DNA from: a virus
Strand: one strand, 5' to 3'
DNA length: 64,000 nt
Virus record (IMG/VR): IMGVR_UViG_3300032334_001019
Location: 32,001 to 96,000 of that record
The notes beneath the pieces were generated by a model. That model was not told the DNA's origin, ran no database searches, and saw only the letters and a list, made by a program, of their open reading frames with translations. The translations under genes and the position numbers were made by a program. Numbering within the stretch: position 1 is the stretch's first letter; each line of letters opens with the position of its first letter. Positions 18,973 to 28,768 of this stretch are shown here, one piece after another.

Positions 18973-19671
18973 TCAGTAAGCCTTTCTAAGATAAATATCA
19001 TAAAAACCTAGATTATGTAATGCAAGTGCATCAACTACCCAGTTTGTATTAATAGATAAGAATTCATTTACTGTTTGAAATGTACCATATCCAATATCTT
19101 CAATTATACCATCGTAGATAAGGTAATCATTTAGCCCAATGCGACCACCAACATTAACTAAATTAGAAGAGTCTTGTAAAACCTTTCTTGTAAGAAATCT
19201 ATCATTTGAAACATCGATGTAAATAAAGTCATATTTATTATTTAATGTCGACAATATGTTTGCTGCATCACCCTTCATAGTAGCAACCTTTGGATGATAA
19301 CTAAACTTGTCAATGATATAAGTTTGGTGAGTTTCTGGTGTATACAAAAGTTCATGCTTAAATCCATCACATTGGCATGAGCCAAACTTTCTCCATGACC
19401 AGCACTTAAGGTCTTGGTTATAAAGGTCTACCAATACGGCTTCTGAGGCTTCTGAGGCGTCTATAAACATCTGTGCTGAGTATCCCCAAGCAACTCCTAC
19501 CTCCAAGTACCTTATGCCTTTAGGAAGGCTTTTAGCATACTCTTCTCTTGATGAAAAGATTCTTGCTTCATTTAATTGCTCTTGAGATATTTTTGGTGAG
19601 TCTTCAATTTCATCATCATTTACATATCTTATTTCATCATAATTAGACGAACGCACTGGTTTTTTAGGCAT
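18973..19671 (-). CDS. class I SAM-dependent methyltransferase
   Basis: YLEVGVAWGYSA, YDFIYID, GGRIGLNDY. Confidence 0.85.
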   Translation of the reverse strand: MPKKPVRSSNYDEIRYVNDDEIEDSPKISQEQLNEARIFSSREEYAKSLPKGIRYLEVGVAWGYSAQMFIDASEASEAVLVDLYNQDLKCWSWRKFGSCQCDGFKHELLYTPETHQTYIIDKFSYHPKVATMKGDAANILSTLNNKYDFIYIDVSNDRFLTRKVLQDSSNLVNVGGRIGLNDYLIYDGIIEDIGYGTFQTVNEFLSINTNWVVDALALHNLGFYDIYLRKAY

Positions 19672-20368
19672 TTAGTCTGCGTTCCTGGCTATCAATAATA
19701 GTTTTATTTGCAGAATAAAATAGTTCAATTGCCTCATCTAGTCTGGTATGAGACTCAACCAATTGCTTTATTTCATAATAAATCTCTGGTTTTTCATCTA
19801 CTGGTAATGGGTTGTTGAATGCAGGATGGCCCTTGTCATGTTGATTAATTACCCTCCGTGCCTCATCCATTAAATCTTGCAACATGTCATTACTTAATTT
19901 TCTATATGGCAAATTAAAATTAGACATAACATAGTCAACAACAAAGTTAGGGTTAGAAGTCATCTGATCAAATGTAAAAGCAAAAAGATTATCTATATTT
20001 TTAATGGTTGATCCAGACCATCTCCTGTACACATCAAACTGATCGTCGACAAGTCTTTCTAGTGATGGAAGATTGTTATATTCGTGTGGCATTGGTATTC
20101 CAGATGCAACAGTATTTCCAATACCTCCCATTGTTTTGGTAACAATAGATGGAATTATGTCAACTGGATTTCTTAAAACGGTTGTTTGCACAATATCTTT
20201 AAACTCACCCAATAAAATTACTGGGGCATTGGTTCTAATAATAAACCTATCTTCTATCTCGCCCATAGAGATTGATCTATCAAAGTCAACTGATTTAAGA
20301 AGAAGATATTGTAACCAGGTGTGGCCAGACCTTGGTGATGCATTAATTAAAACTCTTATGTCTTTCAT
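19664..20368 (-). CDS. sulfotransferase-family protein
   Basis: ASPRSGHTWL (5'-PSB loop) and VLRNPVD...S (3'-PB). Confidence 0.7.
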   Translation of the reverse strand: MKDIRVLINASPRSGHTWLQYLLLKSVDFDRSISMGEIEDRFIIRTNAPVILLGEFKDIVQTTVLRNPVDIIPSIVTKTMGGIGNTVASGIPMPHEYNNLPSLERLVDDQFDVYRRWSGSTIKNIDNLFAFTFDQMTSNPNFVVDYVMSNFNLPYRKLSNDMLQDLMDEARRVINQHDKGHPAFNNPLPVDEKPEIYYEIKQLVESHTRLDEAIELFYSANKTIIDSQERRLNA

Positions 20369-20589
20369 TAACCAATCCTTGAGTGTGATCCATCACAAAA
20401 TGGTGCTCTTGCACTTTGCCCACAAACACAGGACTTTTTCTTCTTTAAATTATCTAACTTTACTGTAATCTGTTCATTTGTTTGCAACACATTGACTAAA
20501 TAGTTTTCTTCATTAATGCTTAAAACTTCTACTGCTTTACCGCTGTATCCTTCAAGGTCTACAACTATTGCATAATCATTTATATTCAT
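20368..20589 (-). CDS. CDGSH iron-sulfur domain protein
   Basis: CVCGQSARAPFCDGSH. Confidence 0.85.
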   Translation of the reverse strand: MNINDYAIVVDLEGYSGKAVEVLSINEENYLVNVLQTNEQITVKLDNLKKKKSCVCGQSARAPFCDGSHSRIG

Positions 20590-20612
20590 AATACTCCTTT
20601 TAACTATTATAG

Positions 20613-20685
20613 CACCCCTGGCAGGAATCGAACCTGCGACGCATGGCTTAGAAGTCCATCGTTCTGTCCACTGAACTACAGAGGT
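20613..20685 (-). tRNA. tRNA-Arg(UCU)
   Basis: Acceptor ACCTCTG/CAGGGGT; anticodon loop CTTCTAA; GGTTCGATTCC T-arm; CCA not encoded. Confidence 0.9.
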
Positions 20686-20689
20686 ATTG

Positions 20690-20762
20690 CATCTCCAACG
20701 GAATTCGAATCCGTGTTGCTGCCGTGAAAGGGCAGAGTCCTAGGCCACTAGACGATGAAGAC
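20690..20762 (-). tRNA. tRNA-Glu(UUC)
   Basis: GTCTTCA/TGGAGAT acceptor; TCGTCTAGTGGCCTAGGAC; CTGCC-CTTTCAC-GGCAG. Confidence 0.9.
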
Positions 20763-20766
20763 ATAG

Positions 20767-20840
20767 TACATCTGGAAGGACTTGAACCTTCGGCTCTCCG
20801 CATATAAGGCGGGTACTCTAACCAACTGAGTTACAGATGT
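20767..20840 (-). tRNA. tRNA-Ile(UAU)
   Basis: ACATCTG/CAGATGT acceptor, discriminator A; CCGC-CTTATAT-GCGG; GGTTCAAGTCC. Confidence 0.85.
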
Positions 20841-20844
20841 GTAG

Positions 20845-20919
20845 TACACCAGGTAGGACTTGAACCTACGAATAGCCGAATTATGAGTTCGGTGCCTTAA
20901 CCAACTTGGCTACTGGTGC
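20845..20919 (-). tRNA. tRNA with CAU anticodon (Met or lysidine-type Ile2)
   Basis: GCACCAG/CTGGTGT acceptor; CCGAA-CTCATAA-TTCGG. Confidence 0.88.
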
Positions 20920-21266
20920 TAGTCCTTAAGATACTAGTATACCAAGTAGCATACCAATTGTAAAGCAAAGAATACCAACAGTCCAGTGATAGTAGGTTTT
21001 CATGTGTTCTTTAATAATCTGATCTTTAATTTCTGTTTTAATTTTTTTTACTTCTTCTGTCATTTTTACACCATATCTTATAGTCGCTCATAGTCTGGTG
21101 ATTATCCCAGTACTCAATGTTTTCTTTGTCCATCTTACAGGTAGGGCAGATCATTGTCTATGCCGTTTCTTATTGCCAAACTTAGACTTAACTTCAGCCT
21201 TAGCCTGATCAACAATAGCCTTCGTAATGTCTTCAACACTAAACTCTTGATCAAACTCTGCTTCAT

Positions 21267-21566
21267 TCATTCTGATTCCTTAATATGATTTAGTTTAGTA
21301 TTGTAATAATTAGTAGAGGAACCGTGTTTCATTTTTCTTAACTTCTTCCACACTGCAAACCTAAGACCAAGTTTTGTATAGGCAAGTCCACCCCTACCCA
21401 TTCTAGTATAATAAACTTCATTGTAGCGATTAGATAGTTCTTGATTGAATTGTTGAACTTCCCAAAACATAGCATGTTTGCCATATCGCCAGTCTTTCTC
21501 AATCTTTACCCTGATTAACTCTTCAGGTGGTTCAATTTGTGAATATGTTTCTTTACGTTTTTTCAT
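21267..21566 (-). CDS. hypothetical protein
   Basis: Coupled ORF in minus-strand block. Confidence 0.55.
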   Translation of the reverse strand: MKKRKETYSQIEPPEELIRVKIEKDWRYGKHAMFWEVQQFNQELSNRYNEVYYTRMGRGGLAYTKLGLRFAVWKKLRKMKHGSSTNYYNTKLNHIKESE

Positions 21567-21757
21567 GGGCGTGCAGTCCTTTCAAGGTAGTCAATCACAT
21601 CACAATCTATATCACAAAGATCAAGGGAGATGATATCTGCCACAATATCTGATCTAATTGAATTCATTATTGCTCTGCTCATTTGCTCCTCAATATCTAA
21701 TTCAAGGTTAACATACTTAACCCAGGGTTTGCGTAATGTATATGGTCCTATTTTCAT
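21563..21757 (-). CDS. hypothetical protein
   Basis: Leaderless-type TGATATGAT upstream. Confidence 0.5.
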   Translation of the reverse strand: MKIGPYTLRKPWVKYVNLELDIEEQMSRAIMNSIRSDIVADIISLDLCDIDCDVIDYLERTARP

Positions 21758-21772
21758 ATATATATCATATCA

Positions 21773-22204
21773 CTAAGAACCTTGTTCACGCAAGTCTAAA
21801 GTCTTAATACTTTCAATACATGTTGTAACAGCCTTAGCCCAATTCTTAGCCCCTGGATATTTCATGTTGGAAGTTACGCTACGATTGGCATGCTTGTACC
21901 AAGTAATAATTAAACCATTTTTCTTGTACACAAAGTTTGGTGCACAACCATCTGGATGAGGACCTTCATACTCTCCCCATCCTGAATCACACCAGCAATA
22001 AGGACGCATCTCAAACACATCATTAATAAATTCTGGATCACCAGAGTTTGATGTTAGAAGGTTTGCATATCCGTATTTACCGTGAGAATACCCACGGTAT
22101 TCAGCAATAACTTCTGCAATTAAGTTAAGACCTTCAGTAGCCCAAAAACCATCATAAGTTTGTGACGGAGTATTACTAAGTAGCATTTGTCCTAATTCCA
22201 TTAC
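21773..22204 (-). CDS. hypothetical phage protein
   Basis: MELGQM..., FEMRPYCWC, PNF...ITWYKH. Confidence 0.65.
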   Translation of the reverse strand, partial: VMELGQMLLSNTPSQTYDGFWATEGLNLIAEVIAEYRGYSHGKYGYANLLTSNSGDPEFINDVFEMRPYCWCDSGWGEYEGPHPDGCAPNFVYKKNGLIITWYKHANRSVTSNMKYPGAKNWAKAVTTCIESIKTLDLREQGS

Positions 22205-22404
22205 CATCCTCCAAGGCATTCGTTGCGTGTGTGAAATAATCTAATCTTTGTCATAATTTTGCGGGATGGAGCATAAAGCATCTCATTACAAGCACACTTA
22301 TAAGACCATTCACCAGTAAAGAAATCATGCACATAACCTTTGGCATTAGCGTATTTCTTAGATACAAAGGTTTGAAATGGGTCAGGTATTTCCATATTGA
22401 TCAT
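22201..22404 (-). CDS. hypothetical Cys/His protein
   Basis: IPDPF...KCAC...HTRNEC. Confidence 0.55.
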   Translation of the reverse strand: MINMEIPDPFQTFVSKKYANAKGYVHDFFTGEWSYKCACNEMLYAPSRKIMTKIRLFHTRNECLGGW

Positions 22405-22422
22405 ATACTAAGTATACTTTAG

Positions 22423-23133
22423 TTATGGCTGTTTGTCAACATTAGATCTTTTAAATATATTAAGTTTAATTCTTTTCTTTTCATGCTTACCAATAACCTC
22501 ACCCTTGTGATTTAGTGCATCCCTGTATCTATCTGTCCATTTACCCTGTGCTGCAACTGCTTCAAATGCTTTACCAGATTCCATCAATTCGTCATAATAT
22601 GATTGAGGTAAATCTTTATCTGATAATTCTAATTCTGTAAGTTCTAGTTCTGTTAGTGATATTGGCATTATAGATCCTATTGGAGTACCTGCTGGAATTG
22701 TAATAATAGTATCTGGTCTTGTAACTTTATAAACAATTGGCAATGGACCTTTATATACTGAAGTACTCAATATTGCTGTAAATGCTTGTATTCCATCGAT
22801 GAACTGATTTGGAACTGGCATTGTTAATAAACTTACATTCTCTTCAGACTCAAATGTAAGTCCAGAATTTAAACTAATACTCTGATTTGCCCTGTTGGTG
22901 TTTGCATATTGATGACCAGACAAAATCTCAACTTGAGTATTATGACTATGCCAGATAAAAGTAATATCTTCATTAAAAGAAAATGTCCAACCTAAAAAAT
23001 TTGCCAAGGTAACAGGAAAACACCTATAAGCATGATGATCCCAACTAGCATCCATCCAATCACGCTTAACTCCAAGCACATCGAAATTAACATCATAGTT
23101 ATCTCGTTTGTATACTTTTATTTTATTTGTCAT
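22423..23133 (-). CDS. DUF6065-like (dUTPase-like fold) protein
   Basis: KRDWMD...HAYRCFPVTLAN.LGW, IPAGTPI..IMPI. Confidence 0.65.
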   Translation of the reverse strand: MTNKIKVYKRDNYDVNFDVLGVKRDWMDASWDHHAYRCFPVTLANFLGWTFSFNEDITFIWHSHNTQVEILSGHQYANTNRANQSISLNSGLTFESEENVSLLTMPVPNQFIDGIQAFTAILSTSVYKGPLPIVYKVTRPDTIITIPAGTPIGSIMPISLTELELTELELSDKDLPQSYYDELMESGKAFEAVAAQGKWTDRYRDALNHKGEVIGKHEKKRIKLNIFKRSNVDKQP

Positions 23134-23643
23134 GAGGATTGATAGTTTGTTAAATGTTTCTTGCATACGCCAACAACAGAATAGTCTGCAAGATCATTGT
23201 ATAGTGCATCATTGTTGCAATAGTGACATCTTTCTGGTGGTCTGTTTTCAATCATAATTTAATTATATCACAGACTACTTTGTAGACAAATGATGCCCTT
23301 TTGTATATTCACACTTAGTACACTTAGAAATAACAAAAGATCCCCTTATGTATAACTGAATATCATGTTTGCAATCAGGCACGGTAGTTTCTCACTACTG
23401 CAGCAGCAAGCATACGCATGCCTAAAGCATTAAGTTGAGAATTATCTTCGCCAAGTGGTATAGATTCAATGGCCTTTGCAAGTTCTTCTCTTAGTGTAAT
23501 TTCATCTAGACTCATATTCTACCCCTTATTATCCTTTTGTGGAACCCAAATAAGTTTTCCATCTTTGTATTCTCTTTCATATCCTAAAGCCTTCCAGTCC
23601 ATCTGCATAATCTTAGGTTCTTTTGGCATGTCAGACTCCAATC

Positions 23644-24195
23644 TTATATTATAATTTTCTTTTCTAAAAGTTTATTGTATTCATAATAACATAAATCAGT
23701 ATTAAAGTCAACCAAACTTATTGTTTTATATTCCTTAAGATTCTGGCTTGATCCTAAATACTTTTCACCATTAAACTTTTTATAATCTTCAATGGTAAAT
23801 TCAAGATTGTCTTCTATTTTTATGTTTAGGTAATCCATAAAATTATTAATTACTAAACTAGAATCATTGACTAAATCATTAAAATCAATAACATAATCTG
23901 CATGTTCATACAAAAATTTATAAAAAAGTATATAGTTTGATAGAACATGATTTATAAAATCTTTGTTAACATCTTGACCATAACTTGATTGCACTGCTAA
24001 AATTGACATAGCAGTTTCTTTTGGGTCTCTGACTATTGTAATAATTTGTTTTGTTTTGTTCATATCTTTATAAAACAAATCTAATATTGTATGAGAGCCT
24101 TCGATTCTGATACCAGTTTTTTGATAAAACAATTGATGAAAATAGTGTGATCCACTTCTTGGATATGTTAATAGATATGGAGGATTGCTATGCAT
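23644..24195 (-). CDS. sulfotransferase-family protein
   Basis: TYPRSGSHY, SH, IVRDPKE..MS. Confidence 0.75.
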   Translation of the reverse strand: MHSNPPYLLTYPRSGSHYFHQLFYQKTGIRIEGSHTILDLFYKDMNKTKQIITIVRDPKETAMSILAVQSSYGQDVNKDFINHVLSNYILFYKFLYEHADYVIDFNDLVNDSSLVINNFMDYLNIKIEDNLEFTIEDYKKFNGEKYLGSSQNLKEYKTISLVDFNTDLCYYEYNKLLEKKIII

Positions 24196-24197
24196 TT

Positions 24198-24743
24198 TTA
24201 AACTATAACTTTCTTTTCTAAAAGTTTATTGTATTCATAATAACATAATCCAATATTAAAATTATCTAGTTTTATTTCATTATATGAATCAAATTTTTTG
24301 CTTGATTGTATCCATCTCTCACCATTAAATTTTTTATAATCTTCAATAATAAAATTTGAATCTTTGTTATATTCTATATTTAAAAAATTTAATATTTTAT
24401 TAACTATGGTATCTGGATATTTAATTAAATCGTTATAATCTATCACATAGTCTGCATGATTATACAAACATTGATAAAGTAAGGCATAGTTTGATATGGT
24501 ATGACGAATAGAGTCGTCATGAACCTCTGTACCCTGTTCTTTTTGCATTGTCAAAAGAGATCGTATGCTTTCTTCTGGATTTCTTGCTATTGTAATAATA
24601 GTTTTTGTTTTTATTTTATTTTTATCAAAAACATCTCCAATTGTGTGAGATCTTTTAAAGCGATACCCTATTTTTGCATAAACTAAATGTTCAAAATAGT
24701 GAGAACCACTTCTTGGGTATGTCAATAAGTGTGGAACCATCAA
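24198..24743 (-). CDS. sulfotransferase-family protein (tandem paralog)
   Basis: TYPRSGSHY, SH, IARNPEESIRS. Confidence 0.75.
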   Translation of the reverse strand: MMVPHLLTYPRSGSHYFEHLVYAKIGYRFKRSHTIGDVFDKNKIKTKTIITIARNPEESIRSLLTMQKEQGTEVHDDSIRHTISNYALLYQCLYNHADYVIDYNDLIKYPDTIVNKILNFLNIEYNKDSNFIIEDYKKFNGERWIQSSKKFDSYNEIKLDNFNIGLCYYEYNKLLEKKVIV

Positions 24744-24885
24744 GCACCTATTGAAGGCATGGTTTGTTCGCAGGGACAGATGATAGACTCAGGTAACTCA
24801 TGAACCTCAGTCTCAATAGATATAATTGTTGCACAATCTGGACATTTATAAATAGTTTTCATGTTTTAAGTATATCAGATTAAAA

Positions 24886-25686
24886 CTATGCAGTCAACTC
24901 TTTAATTACAGAAAATATACCAGATAGATCCTTTTGATCTGTAACTATAATGAAATCATCTATATTGAAATCTTTAGATATCTGTTTAATTTGATTAATA
25001 ACTTCTTCGTGAGTGCCTTTGATAGTATGATTGGGTTTAATTGTATACTGGTATTGATTATATTCGACGGTATCTAGGCTTTGACCTTCTTTAAGTACTA
25101 GTGGATCAATTATTAGTATTAGTTTAGTATTCGTAATCTTGTCAAGTATATGCTCATTAAGCATATATTCTCCTACAATCAGGTAGTCTGCATAGTTATT
25201 TGCTATTCTTATGGTGGTATCAGATGAGCCAACTACACATAACTTTGCATCAAAGTCAAACTCTTTCATTAAATAAACAAACTTTTCCATCCAAGGCTCA
25301 GTTAATGCAACTCTTTTTTCATGATCATCTAGTATGGATGGATCTCCTGGATATGCTTGAATTACCATATTTTCTCTATTTTCATCATATCTGCCAGCAA
25401 CTAGGTTAAGATCTAGTCTTTTATGAGCAAAATTGTTAACTGACTTAAATATTTTTGCAGCATATTCTGGTGTAATACCATAGGCAGGCAGTGCAAGCAT
25501 CATCTTAATCTTTTTGGTTGCATTAAGCATTGGAAACAAATGAATTGAAAAATCTATACCTCTTGGGCCATAAGGAAGTAATATGGATGTTATGTTTGAA
25601 TTTTCCATATCTTTAGCCATGCGGATAAGTCCATCACCCTCTACTGGCCAACCCACACGATGCATCCAGTGAAATTTTATGCTCAT
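24886..25686 (-). CDS. luciferase-like (LLM) flavin monooxygenase, truncated/divergent
   Basis: MKFHWM, ILLPY, TKKIKMMLAL, RLDLNLVAG, VVGSS. Confidence 0.65.
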   Translation of the reverse strand: MSIKFHWMHRVGWPVEGDGLIRMAKDMENSNITSILLPYGPRGIDFSIHLFPMLNATKKIKMMLALPAYGITPEYAAKIFKSVNNFAHKRLDLNLVAGRYDENRENMVIQAYPGDPSILDDHEKRVALTEPWMEKFVYLMKEFDFDAKLCVVGSSDTTIRIANNYADYLIVGEYMLNEHILDKITNTKLILIIDPLVLKEGQSLDTVEYNQYQYTIKPNHTIKGTHEEVINQIKQISKDFNIDDFIIVTDQKDLSGIFSVIKELTA

Positions 25687-25774
25687 TATTAAATTATACC
25701 TGATTTAAAGTTCGGCGGAAAATAGAAGTAACAAACCATCTTATGCCCTACACGGGCGGTATTGGTTAATATAT

Positions 25775-26272
25775 CTACACAAGCCTACGAGATAGTAATA
25801 GATTATATGCCTCATATGCCTTAGATAAGTCATAGCCATCTAAATGGTTTTGACCATACAACTCTGAAGTAGTACTTGATACTAAATAAACCTCATCAGG
25901 CCTATCAATCATAGAGTCTTCATATGTATGGTCAATGACTGGTTTGTTTAATATATAGGATATTGAGTCTATAACTGCATCTGGGTTTTTTATCAGGGTA
26001 TCGTAATCAATAACAGCATTAGCCCTAGTATATAACAAACCATATAGTGCCGTATATTTATCTATCTCTGCCTGTATGCCTATATCCTGATGATAATGTG
26101 ATGACATAGTTATGAAAGACTGAAGTGTATCTTTAGGGTTTCTTGCTATAGTAAAGACAAAGCCATCTGCATCATCTATCAGGTGTGAGCCATCTATCCT
26201 AGTATCTAACTTTTGTACAATCAATGCTCTTAAGTAATGTGAGCCAGATCTAGGATAGGTAATTATGATCAT
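25775..26272 (-). CDS. sulfotransferase-family protein
   Basis: TYPRSGSHYL, IARNPKDTLQS. Confidence 0.75.
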   Translation of the reverse strand: MIIITYPRSGSHYLRALIVQKLDTRIDGSHLIDDADGFVFTIARNPKDTLQSFITMSSHYHQDIGIQAEIDKYTALYGLLYTRANAVIDYDTLIKNPDAVIDSISYILNKPVIDHTYEDSMIDRPDEVYLVSSTTSELYGQNHLDGYDLSKAYEAYNLLLSRRLV

Positions 26273-26315
26273 ATATTTAGTATAACATATGGCTCAAAGT
26301 TTATATCCCCTGGCT

Positions 26316-26498
26316 TTAGTCACAGGATACACAGTAATATGGAGCACGAAGGTGATCTGGAGCAATAAATGATGGTTTGCCACATCTTACACATACTGCT
26401 CTGACTAAACCATTGTCTTCCATCTCAAATCTAAATGATCTTGTGTAGTATACCCTTGTGGCATACCAGGTGAAGGCTATAGCGATTATTGTTATCAT
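26316..26498 (-). CDS. small membrane-anchored zinc-finger protein
   Basis: N-terminal TM; CVRC...CVSC. Confidence 0.5.
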   Translation of the reverse strand: MITIIAIAFTWYATRVYYTRSFRFEMEDNGLVRAVCVRCGKPSFIAPDHLRAPYYCVSCD

Positions 26499-26880
26499 TT
26501 TACTCCTCAAAACTCATTTGTGATGACCAAAAGTCATTATTGTCTGTTTCAATTTCATCTACAACGACATGACAATTAGAACAAGTTACCTTGCCATCTA
26601 AGTCAATTTCATAGTAATGTCTACAGTCCATAACTCTATAGTACCACATCAAGGTTAACAGATATCCACAGGTTAGCAGTTATGAGTATAGCCACAATCA
26701 GGACATTTCTCTCCTGGATTTGCTACACAATCATCACACCAATCTGGAGCATCCTTCCAAGATTTACCTAAAGAATCATATTCTGGTTTGTCCATGTGTC
26801 TAGTATATCAAAAGATATTGTAATTTGATAGTGGATTTGTCGATAAATCATCTTACTGATGATATTTCTAGATAGGGTAG

Positions 26881-26910
26881 AAGTGGAGTAAAGTGGAGGA
26901 TAGTGGAGTA
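26881..26910. repeat. 3 x 10-bp tandem repeat
   Basis: AAGTGGAGTA AAGTGGAGGA TAGTGGAGTA. Confidence 0.8.
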
Positions 26911-27199
26911 CTGAGCATTTATTTGAAGGCGCCGTAATTTCCACAACGGCCAAACCACCTATCTTTCAAACCACCATATCCCTCATATACCACATATGGG
27001 GAATATTGTCAAACCTTCGTAATATTGTTTGGGCATTATATACCCTGAAACAGGGTTTGTCAAGCCCCAAACCACATATATTTGTATAATGTATTGTCGA
27101 CAAATCTCCAAATATCAGAGAAAAATTAAATAAAAATATATAAAGGTTTGATAAATATTTAAATATCAGGATAAAAGGTTTGATATCGTAATATAGGGG

Positions 27200-27436
27200 T
27201 TATTCTGTATCAGAGTTGGCTTGTTTGTATACCTTGCCTAGTTCCCGCCCAATTTTGCGGGGGTTGAGAACCTCTGGATCTACGCCTGATAAATCGGCGG
27301 GGGTAAAAGAGAAGAAACGATTAACAATAGGAACATACTTAGTAACAGATACAAAACCATTCCATAGGTTATCACTGAATGCTTGATATTGTTTTGGATC
27401 TTGCTTAGCATAGTCTGCAAAATGTGATCTTCCCAT
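27200..27436 (-). CDS. hypothetical protein (leaderless)
   Basis: TGATATAAT 7 nt before ATG. Confidence 0.55.
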   Translation of the reverse strand: MGRSHFADYAKQDPKQYQAFSDNLWNGFVSVTKYVPIVNRFFSFTPADLSGVDPEVLNPRKIGRELGKVYKQANSDTE

Positions 27437-27653
27437 ATAAGAATTATATCATGGTTTGACAAACAAGGTTTTATATGATAAAAGGTTTGGTACGGGGAAA
27501 AGAATTTGTCTTTCGTAATCTGGTTTGGGGAAAATAATTGTTTGATCGTAATATGGTTTGATATGAATGTTTGGTATGTCCGATATGTCCGAATTCACGT
27601 GGCGATTTTCTGGCAGCACAAAGCAGGGGCGCAAGGCCCCCACCTGTGACTGA

Positions 27654-27950
27654 TTATTCTATTGTGTTTTTCTTGATGTGTGACTCTGCCAAGAGAGCAG
27701 GAAGTGTGATTTCATCAAATGATTCAATCTCTTCCTCTGTAAGTTCGATAGCCTGAATAAACATCTCAAACGATTCAACAATGTATTGCTCACCTAGTGG
27801 TGAGATTTCTTTTACTAAACCTTCAGCAACATAGTATGCCAATGGCAATCCAATGTCGTTATACTCAATGAAGTTACTAAAATCCTCATCGTCCCTGAAG
27901 TTAATCCACAGTTCTCCTAAGATCCCTGCCTTGTCTGCCAAATCTACCAT
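27654..27950 (-). CDS. hypothetical protein
   Basis: ILGELW...F.EYNDIGLPLAY. Confidence 0.65.
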   Translation of the reverse strand: MVDLADKAGILGELWINFRDDEDFSNFIEYNDIGLPLAYYVAEGLVKEISPLGEQYIVESFEMFIQAIELTEEEIESFDEITLPALLAESHIKKNTIE

Positions 27951-28177
27951 ACTGGTCTCCCTGTCTTTATCTCTTGCATAAGTTTATCATACTCCTCCCC
28001 CGCTGTCAAGGCAACAACCTCAAAGCGGTCATAGACAATCTTAGGCAGGTTTCTAACTAAATAATAACCAACTCGTTCTAGGTCAATAGAAAAGTCCTCT
28101 GTCATCAACTTGCCAATACGCTCTGCTTGTCGTGTTTCTTTGTTTGCACCATTAAGACTAGTAAGCCTTCTAGACAT
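27944..28177 (-). CDS. hypothetical protein
   Basis: SD GAGGAG. Confidence 0.6.
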   Translation of the reverse strand: MSRRLTSLNGANKETRQAERIGKLMTEDFSIDLERVGYYLVRNLPKIVYDRFEVVALTAGEEYDKLMQEIKTGRPVW

Positions 28178-28260
28178 AGTTCTCCTCTCTATTCATTGTA
28201 CCAAAAAAGTATTGGGGGCGCAAGGTGGCAGGCCCCACGCCCCCTATAGGTAAGGGAGAC

Positions 28261-28623
28261 CTAGGCCCCTACCTCCGCAGCAACAGGTGCATAGGCTAAG
28301 ACAAATACATCCCAGCCAACGGCATTGCCCTGTTCATCAATAACAGTATGATTAATCAAGTCAACAATCACAGTGGTCTCGCCCAAATCATAGTTGGTTC
28401 CAGTGATGGAGTAAATTCCAAAGCCGTGCTCATCCAGAACAGAATCTTGAATAAGATAACTAATCATCATACGGGTGGCATATGATGGATCAGTCCACCT
28501 AGGCTTAGCATGCTCCAGGGCCATGGCAATATCACGACGCCAGCCAGTCTCACCCCAATGGCTGTACAAAACAACTGCAGATGACAGTTCGTCCTTAAAA
28601 ACAAAGTTAATCCGTGCTCCCAT
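28261..28623 (-). CDS. hypothetical phage early protein
   Basis: MGARINF...LYSHWG...RWTDPSYATR. Confidence 0.65.
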   Translation of the reverse strand: MGARINFVFKDELSSAVVLYSHWGETGWRRDIAMALEHAKPRWTDPSYATRMMISYLIQDSVLDEHGFGIYSITGTNYDLGETTVIVDLINHTVIDEQGNAVGWDVFVLAYAPVAAEVGA

Positions 28624-28768
28624 TAGTTTTCTTCCTTCCAAGATACAATTGATAGTTGACTTAAAATTTCATTGCAAAGGTCAGCCTCATTATCTGATTC
28701 AGCCTCATAACTAAATGTCATGTAATCACCTGTTGGTTCAAAGATGATTTCTACTTTATATTCGTTCA

